Shown piece by piece: positions 57,753-64,000 of a stretch of DNA of 64,000 nucleotides. Position numbers and translations under genes: made by a program. This DNA comes from a bacterium (GTDB taxonomy: Bacteria > Zhuqueibacterota > Zhuqueibacteria > Residuimicrobiales > Krinioviventaceae). Below the pieces are notes generated by a model. It made no database searches, was not told where the DNA came from, and worked only from the letters and a program-made list of their open reading frames with translations. Position 1 is the first letter of the stretch; every line of letters starts with the position of its first letter. The stretch spans positions 256,001-320,000 of the forward strand of contig CAXXFV010000023.1 of NCBI GenBank assembly GCA_963674595.2, given 5' to 3'.

Positions 57753-58982
57753 TTATAAAACCATTGCTATGGGATTTTCCAACAATTTTTTCAGTTCTCT
57801 TAAAAAGAGCGCTCCCGTGGCACCGTCAACAATACGGTGATCACAGGACAGTGTTACTTTCATAACATTACCAATAACAATTGCATCGTTTTTAACAACA
57901 GGTTTTTGCTGCACGGCCCCGACTGCCAATATCGCGGCTTCCGGAGGGTTAACTATTGCTGAAAACTCTGAAATATCATACATACCAAGGTTGCTTATGG
58001 TAAACGTTGCGTTTGTATATTCATCCGGCATTAATTTTCGGTTTTTAGCTCGTTTTGCCATATCTTTAACCGTATTTGATATTTCGCCCAACGATTTACT
58101 GTCGGCATTTCTGATAACAGGGGTAATCAATCCTTCTTCCAGCGCTACGGCAAACCCGATATCGATACGCTGATGGAGTACAATTTTTTCATCAACAAAA
58201 GACCCATTCACCAGCGGATGTTTTTTTAAAGCCTGTGCGCACGCTTTAATGACCATATCGTTATGGCTTATTTTTGTTTCGGACTGTATTGAATTCATGG
58301 ACAACCGCGCCGAAACCGCTTTGTCCATATCAATTTCCATGGTCAAATAAAAATGTGGTACAGTCGTTTTGCTCTGCGTCATTCTTTGTGCAATGACCTT
58401 TCGCATCGTCGAAAGCTGAACCTCCTGGTCCTGGCCTTCTATTAATGTGCCGGTCGGCAAGGTTTCTTTAATATCATCAATATCTCTTTTAATTATTCTA
58501 CCGCCGGTGCCGGAACCTTTAACCGTTTTCAGGTCTATTTTTCGGTCCTCAGCGATTTTACGTGCCAGCGGAGACGCTTTAATTCTCATCGAACCTGTTG
58601 TCATTATTTGGTCTTTTGGTGTGTCATCCTTAATCGGAGCAGCAGGAATTGGTAAAGGTTCAGCTTTTTCACTCTTTGGAGTCGGCGCTGTCTCTTTTTT
58701 AGGGGCTTCCGGTGTTTCATTTAGCATATCTGAGATGTCTTCATCTTCTTCTGCAATGATTGCCAGTGTACCACCAACAGGGACTTTACCACCTTCCGGT
58801 ATCAGAATTTTTTTCAACTGACCTGCGTCAAAAGCTTCCAATTCCATTGTCGCTTTATCACTTTCAGCTTCGGCGATAACTTCTCCGGCTTGAATAATTT
58901 CACCTTCTTTTTTTAGCCACTTTAACAGAACACCTTCTGTCATTGTGTCGCTCAGTTTCGGCATTGTGACTTTGGTCGCCAT
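57753..58982 (-). CDS. pdhC: Pyruvate dehydrogenase E2, dihydrolipoamide acetyltransferase
   Basis: Lipoyl domain ESDKATME, ASPLAR E3-binding domain, TISNLG, DHRIVDG. Confidence 0.95.
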   Translation of the reverse strand: MATKVTMPKLSDTMTEGVLLKWLKKEGEIIQAGEVIAEAESDKATMELEAFDAGQLKKILIPEGGKVPVGGTLAIIAEEDEDISDMLNETPEAPKKETAPTPKSEKAEPLPIPAAPIKDDTPKDQIMTTGSMRIKASPLARKIAEDRKIDLKTVKGSGTGGRIIKRDIDDIKETLPTGTLIEGQDQEVQLSTMRKVIAQRMTQSKTTVPHFYLTMEIDMDKAVSARLSMNSIQSETKISHNDMVIKACAQALKKHPLVNGSFVDEKIVLHQRIDIGFAVALEEGLITPVIRNADSKSLGEISNTVKDMAKRAKNRKLMPDEYTNATFTISNLGMYDISEFSAIVNPPEAAILAVGAVQQKPVVKNDAIVIGNVMKVTLSCDHRIVDGATGALFLRELKKLLENPIAMVL

Positions 58983-58994
58983 GTTCCTCCTCGC

Positions 58995-59972
58995 TTATAT
59001 ATATAAAACTTTTTTTGCTGCTGTAACGACTTTTTGTGCATTTGGAATGACAGCTTTTTCCAAATTTGCGGCATAGGGCATTGGAACATCTTCACTGGAT
59101 ACCCTGACAACCGGTGCATCGAGGTGGTCAAACGCCTGCTCGGTGATGCGTTGGGCAATTTCCGCTCCCACACCGGCATAGGGCCAGCCTTCTTCTACGA
59201 CAATGCATCGATTTGTTTTTTCAACAGATGTAATGAGCATTTGATCATCCAACGGACGTAATGTTCTGGGATCAATTACCTCTGCGTCGATGCCTTCTTT
59301 TTCCAGCATATTTGCTGCTTCCAATGCAACATGGATCATTTTAGACCATGCAACAATTGTAATATCTTTTCCTTCGCGTTTAACATCTCCAACACCAATT
59401 GGAATCAGATACTCTTCATCCGGAACAAAGCCTTTATATCCATAGGCAACTTCGCTTTCAATAAACATAACCGGATTGTCATCTCTGATGGCTGTTTTCA
59501 GCATTCCTTTTGCATCCTTTGGAACGCTTGGCGCCATAACAATCAAACCCGGCACATTACATAACCAGGGATCAAGGCATTGCGAATGTTGGGCACCGAG
59601 CTGATGCGCTCCTCCTCCCGGTCCCCGAACCACAAGCGGAATTTTAAAAGCGCCGCCTGACATATATCTTAATTTTGCGGCATTGTTTATAATTTGATCC
59701 AATGCTAAAATGGAAAAGTTGAACGTCATCATTTCAATAATGGGTCGTAGTCCAACCATTGCGGAACCTACACCTACACCGGCAAAACCAAGTTCGGCGA
59801 TGGGGGTATCTATAACCCGTTCAGTACCGAATCTTTCCATCAATCCCTGGCTCACTTTATAAGCTCCCTGATAATAACCGACCTCTTCACCCATTAAATA
59901 TACATTAGGATCACGTTCCATCTCTTCGGCCATAGCCTGATTGAGTGCTTCTCGATATGTTATCTCTGACAT
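58995..59972 (-). CDS. pdhB: Pyruvate dehydrogenase E1 beta subunit
   Basis: GEEVG..GAYK, DTPIAE, GAQHSQ, RTLRPLD, PMPYA; start MSEITY at 59972. Confidence 0.96.
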   Translation of the reverse strand: MSEITYREALNQAMAEEMERDPNVYLMGEEVGYYQGAYKVSQGLMERFGTERVIDTPIAELGFAGVGVGSAMVGLRPIIEMMTFNFSILALDQIINNAAKLRYMSGGAFKIPLVVRGPGGGAHQLGAQHSQCLDPWLCNVPGLIVMAPSVPKDAKGMLKTAIRDDNPVMFIESEVAYGYKGFVPDEEYLIPIGVGDVKREGKDITIVAWSKMIHVALEAANMLEKEGIDAEVIDPRTLRPLDDQMLITSVEKTNRCIVVEEGWPYAGVGAEIAQRITEQAFDHLDAPVVRVSSEDVPMPYAANLEKAVIPNAQKVVTAAKKVLYI

Positions 59973-60006
59973 ATTAAACTCTCTATTTAAATGTAATATT
60001 ATCTTG

Positions 60007-60966
60007 TTAGGCGTAAATATCTTTAAAAAGTTCATCCATGGAAGGTTCCGGGCTTTCTTCGGCAAATTTTACGGATTCCATGACTTTGGATTTTATTTCA
60101 TTCTCAATGTTTTTAATTATTTCCGGTGTTAATAGTTTATCTTTTAATAATTTATCCTGAAATAGTAAAATGGGGTCCATCTTTTTTTGTTCTTCTACTT
60201 CTTCTTTCGTCCTGTAATGTGAATGGACCGGATCGGACATGGAATGACCTCTGAAACGATAGGTCCTTGCTTCTATTAAAGTCGGCTCATGTTCGTTTCT
60301 GGCGCGATCGATTGCTTCTTTTAAAACATCATAAACTTTAAAAATATCCATTCCATCTACTGTGGCTCTGGCCATGTCGTAAGAACATGCTTTTTGTGAA
60401 AGGTCCCAAACCGCTGAAGCACGTTCGAGGGGTGTTCCCATTCCATATCGATTATTTTCTATTAAATAAATAACCGGAAGTTTCCACAGTTTCGCAAGAT
60501 TTAATGATTCATGAAATGCACCTTGATGAACAGCCCCTTCTCCGAATGAAATAACAACAACATTATCAAGTTTTTGGTATTTCATGGCAAAGGCCATCCC
60601 TGTTCCCAATGGTATTTGTCCGGCAACGATACCGTGGCCGCCCATGAATCGTTTTTCGGCATCAAACAAATGCATGGACCCGCCTTTACCTTTTGAAACG
60701 CCCGTGCTTTTTCCGAACAGCTCTGCCATAACCGGATTCGGGTCTGCTCCTTTAGCCAGAATATGTCCGTGATCCCGATAGGAAGAAATAAAATAGTCAT
60801 CGGGATTCATTGCTTCAACCGTTCCAACGGCAACAGCCTCCTGTCCGATATACAAATGGCAAAATCCGCTTATTTTTTGCATACCATACATTTGGGCGGC
60901 GCGTTCTTCAAAACGGCGTATAAGCAGCATCATTTTGTAGATATCAATATAGCGTTCTTTTTTCAT
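60007..60966 (-). CDS. pdhA: Pyruvate dehydrogenase E1 alpha subunit
   Basis: GFCHLYIGQEA, KGKGGSMH, GEGA..NN TPP motif, RFRGHSMSDP. Confidence 0.96.
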   Translation of the reverse strand: MKKERYIDIYKMMLLIRRFEERAAQMYGMQKISGFCHLYIGQEAVAVGTVEAMNPDDYFISSYRDHGHILAKGADPNPVMAELFGKSTGVSKGKGGSMHLFDAEKRFMGGHGIVAGQIPLGTGMAFAMKYQKLDNVVVISFGEGAVHQGAFHESLNLAKLWKLPVIYLIENNRYGMGTPLERASAVWDLSQKACSYDMARATVDGMDIFKVYDVLKEAIDRARNEHEPTLIEARTYRFRGHSMSDPVHSHYRTKEEVEEQKKMDPILLFQDKLLKDKLLTPEIIKNIENEIKSKVMESVKFAEESPEPSMDELFKDIYA

Positions 60967-61014
60967 TCCAGCTTCCTTTATTAATTCATTTCAAATTTTT
61001 TAACCTGACGATAC

Positions 61015-63510
61015 TCATAAAATCGAAATCGGATCAACATCCATAGAGATTGTGACCCGATGGATACGGTGCTTTTTTTTAAGATTATTTAAAGCCCTTT
61101 TTATTGCATTTTTCATCGATGTTCCCCCGGTATCGTTTTGTTTTAAACTCATAAACAAAATTTGCCAGCGATAATTCCCTTGAATTTTCGCTAAAGCAGC
61201 CGGTGCCGGACCCAGCATTCTGAACTGCCGTTTTACCGGAATTTCCTGTGCAAATTGTTCGGCTGTTTTTTTAACAGCGGCTTCATCTTCTCCGCGAAAC
61301 AGTATGTTAACGATGCGACTGAACGGGGGATAGCCTAATCCACGCCGGTCGCTTGTTTCCATTTTAAAAAAACTGTGATAGTCGTGGTATTTTGCAAATT
61401 GCAGACTGGGGTGTTCCGGGGTGTAGGTTTGGATAATTACATCACCCTGCTTGTTTTTTCGGCCTGCTCTGCCGGCTACCTGGGTCAACAGTTGAAAAGT
61501 ACGCTCACCGGCCCGAAAATCAGGAAATAATAATTCCGTATCAGCAGAAATAACACCTACCAGGGTTACATTTGGAAAATCCAGTCCTTTTGCTACCATT
61601 TGTGTGCCGAGCAAAATTGGATATTCACCACTGCCGAATTTTGATAATATTCGGTCGTGCGCCATACGTCCTTTGGTTGTATCCAGGTCCATACGTAGAA
61701 CTTTAACACCCGGAAACAGGGTATTTATTTCTTCTTCTATACGTTGTGTTCCGACACCTTTCATAAAAATATCCACACCACCGCATTCAGGGCACCTTTC
61801 AGGGGCACGAGTTGAAAAACCGCAATAATGACATTTTAACCGGCTGCCGTGTATATGAAAGGTTAAAGATATATCACAATTTTGGCATTTAGCCAGATAG
61901 TTACAGTCCTTGCATTTTATAAGAGTGGCAAACCCACGGCGATTTTGGAATAGAATAATTTGTTCTCCGTGGGCCAGTTTTTCATCAATTTTTTCCCGTA
62001 ACCTTTTTGAAAAAATAACCGGCTCTTTTCTGCCGATAATTTTCGGCTCTCTTTTCATGTTGACGATTTCTATGGCCGGCATGGGTATGTTATCAATTCG
62101 GTTCGGCATGGAAAGATGAGAATACTTGTTTATCGAAGCATTAAAAAATGTTTCGATGGAGGGTGTGGCAGAGCCCAACACCACAACAGCCTTATTCAAG
62201 TAGGCCCGAATTATTGATACATCTCTGGCGTTGTATTTCGGCGTCATGTCTGTTTGTTTGTAGGACGGTTCGTGCTCTTCGTCAATAATAACCAGTCCGA
62301 TATTTTTCAGGGGAGAAAAGATGGCGGAACGTGGCCCGATAACAATGTGGTGTTTCCCTTCCCAGGTTTGTCGCCAGGAATCGTATCGTTCTCCCGGTGA
62401 CATCCGACTATGAAAAACCGCCACTTTATCTCCAAAATGAGAACGAAAACGGTGCACCATCTGCGGCGTTAAAGCAATTTCCGGTACAAGCACAATGGCA
62501 TTTTTATTTTTAGCCATACAATGATAAATAGCTTCGATATATACCTGAGTTTTTCCACTACCGGTTACACCATGTAACAACATGGGAGAAAAATCGTTTG
62601 AATCAATTTTTTGTATGATCGCGGAAAGTACGGATGCCTGGTCTTTATTCAAATCAAAACGAATACCCTGTTCTATAGCGGTTTCTTTATAATAGTCCCT
62701 GACAACTTCTTTTGTGGTGAATTTGATGAATCCCTTTTGTTCAAGCGTGTTTAAAACAACTGTGTTTATCTCTGCCAGTCTGCAAAGTTCGGGACGGGAA
62801 AATTCCTGATTAGGCGAAGACGCAAGAACTTCCAGACAATTTGCCTGTTTGGGGGCACGCTTTCTGATGGAATCAGCCTCAGCATATAATGAGTCCGATG
62901 TATGATTATTGTGTACGGATACAAATATTTCATGTTTTATGGAGACTTTGGGTTTTGGTAATTCCAGCTCCATGCGAATATGTCCGGCTGATTTTAATTT
63001 TTTTAAACTTGCATAAATATTACCGGAGGACATTGTTTTTAAAAGTTTACTTTGCCGAATCGGATTTTCTGCTAAAAGTCTGCGGATAATTTCAGCCTGG
63101 CGGGGTGCCCGATTTTCCAAAGAGGAAATAAGATCATGTGGATGTCCGTCAACCAGGCGAATGATTTTTTCAGAATCCAAATGAATACCGGAGGGAAGCG
63201 CTGCTTTGAGGACCTCGCCCCAGCCGCAAATATAATATTCTGCAATCCACTTTGCCAGTTCCAGTACTTCCGGAGTGAAAAGCGGTATCGGATCAAGAAC
63301 GTCCTCGATTTCTTTGATCTCCGTTAAATCAGTTTCGTTTTTACGACTGACAATAAATCCTGTGGTTTTACGTCTGCCAAAAGAGGCTAAAACCCGAACC
63401 CCCGGAACAGCATCTTCATTAAATCTTTCCGGAATTTTGTATGTAAAAGCATGTTCTACGGGAACCGGAAAGACAATTTCAGCGTATGGTTGTATGATAT
63501 AATTTTCCAT
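61015..63510 (-). CDS. priA: Primosomal protein N' (replication restart helicase)
   Basis: GVTGSGKT, VPEIALTPQ, DEEHE, NRRGF, Cys-rich region, GTQMVAKGLDF, QVAGRAGR, DVDP; likely start MENY at 63510. Confidence 0.97.
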   Translation of the reverse strand: MENYIIQPYAEIVFPVPVEHAFTYKIPERFNEDAVPGVRVLASFGRRKTTGFIVSRKNETDLTEIKEIEDVLDPIPLFTPEVLELAKWIAEYYICGWGEVLKAALPSGIHLDSEKIIRLVDGHPHDLISSLENRAPRQAEIIRRLLAENPIRQSKLLKTMSSGNIYASLKKLKSAGHIRMELELPKPKVSIKHEIFVSVHNNHTSDSLYAEADSIRKRAPKQANCLEVLASSPNQEFSRPELCRLAEINTVVLNTLEQKGFIKFTTKEVVRDYYKETAIEQGIRFDLNKDQASVLSAIIQKIDSNDFSPMLLHGVTGSGKTQVYIEAIYHCMAKNKNAIVLVPEIALTPQMVHRFRSHFGDKVAVFHSRMSPGERYDSWRQTWEGKHHIVIGPRSAIFSPLKNIGLVIIDEEHEPSYKQTDMTPKYNARDVSIIRAYLNKAVVVLGSATPSIETFFNASINKYSHLSMPNRIDNIPMPAIEIVNMKREPKIIGRKEPVIFSKRLREKIDEKLAHGEQIILFQNRRGFATLIKCKDCNYLAKCQNCDISLTFHIHGSRLKCHYCGFSTRAPERCPECGGVDIFMKGVGTQRIEEEINTLFPGVKVLRMDLDTTKGRMAHDRILSKFGSGEYPILLGTQMVAKGLDFPNVTLVGVISADTELLFPDFRAGERTFQLLTQVAGRAGRKNKQGDVIIQTYTPEHPSLQFAKYHDYHSFFKMETSDRRGLGYPPFSRIVNILFRGEDEAAVKKTAEQFAQEIPVKRQFRMLGPAPAALAKIQGNYRWQILFMSLKQNDTGGTSMKNAIKRALNNLKKKHRIHRVTISMDVDPISIL

Positions 63511-63662
63511 TGGAAAAAATAACAAAATATAAATCGAGTTGCAATTAAAAAGAAACATGCTTAAAGAATGTTACTTTTTTAAGGTGTGTTGTAAAGTGTT
63601 TTGAATTATTAATTGAAATTATTACATTTTGTAAATTTGTCAGTTTGTAAGAGGAGGAAAAC

Positions 63663-64000
63663 ATGAGGTCTTTAACAGTTGTTTTGGTAGTATCATTAAT
63701 GTCATTTATTATCGGTTGTAGTAAAACTGAAAATGTTCCGTTGACAAAACCGCAGATTAAAGAACTTTTATTTAATGTTCAGCAAATGCCGCTTGAGCCG
63801 GTTGAAAAAAACGAAGTGGCTGTATTGGAAACAAATTACGGAAAAATGGTATTGTCCTTTTTCCCGGATATTGCACCGGAACATTGTAAAGCTTTTAAAA
63901 GATTAGTTAAAGCCGGATATTATGATGGCATTAAATTTCATCGTATCGTTAAAGATTTTATGATTCAGGGTGGAGATATTTTGTCACGTGATGCCGATCC
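63663..64000 (+). CDS. Cyclophilin-type peptidyl-prolyl isomerase, lipoprotein (3'-partial; not in ORF track)
   Basis: GAGGAGG RBS; MRSLTVVLVVSLMSFIIGC lipobox; ETNYGKM..APEHC..F..L...GYYDGIKFHRIVKDFMIQGGD, open to the window end. Confidence 0.93.
   Translation, partial: MRSLTVVLVVSLMSFIIGCSKTENVPLTKPQIKELLFNVQQMPLEPVEKNEVAVLETNYGKMVLSFFPDIAPEHCKAFKRLVKAGYYDGIKFHRIVKDFMIQGGDILSRDAD

Noticed and set aside
57753-60966. pdhABC cluster lacking lpdA (E3)
   Set aside because: E3 is commonly encoded elsewhere and shared, so this is not unusual.
1-64000. CRISPR arrays, tRNA/rRNA, IS elements, prophage or defence systems
   Set aside because: No spaced direct repeats, cloverleaf or rRNA signatures, transposase, integrase or phage motifs were seen by eye, and intergenic gaps are all short.

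Overview
Gene-dense, moderately AT-rich bacterial chromosome segment with about 50 CDS. I found no rRNA, tRNA, CRISPR array, transposase, integrase or phage gene. The LPS heptosyltransferase, plug-containing outer-membrane receptor and lipoproteins indicate a diderm. The gene mix is reminiscent of FCB-related lineages such as KSB1/Calditrichota (inference only). Housekeeping genes include argS, rsfS, ychF, priA, pdhABC, ispB, nrnA, queH and folE, alongside four histidine-kinase-type sensors, one chemoreceptor with a sigma-54-type promoter, and several transporters and peptidases. The most interesting elements are: (1) a compact PTPS-II/folE/sepiapterin-reductase-like operon that looks like a complete de novo tetrahydrobiopterin pathway; (2) a secreted, PDZ-less, circularly permuted SpoIVB (S55) protease paired with a large secreted beta-propeller/Ig protein; (3) an outer-membrane plug/barrel receptor co-transcribed with a CbrT-like ECF S component, with a lone ECF ATPase 30 kb away; (4) two apparent pseudo-enzymes, a His-less hybrid kinase and a GH15-like protein lacking the acid Glu; and (5) a decayed insert containing a frameshifted Shewanella-like phosphatase and a protease-like remnant. 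All assignments come from motif recognition by eye and no database searches were run.
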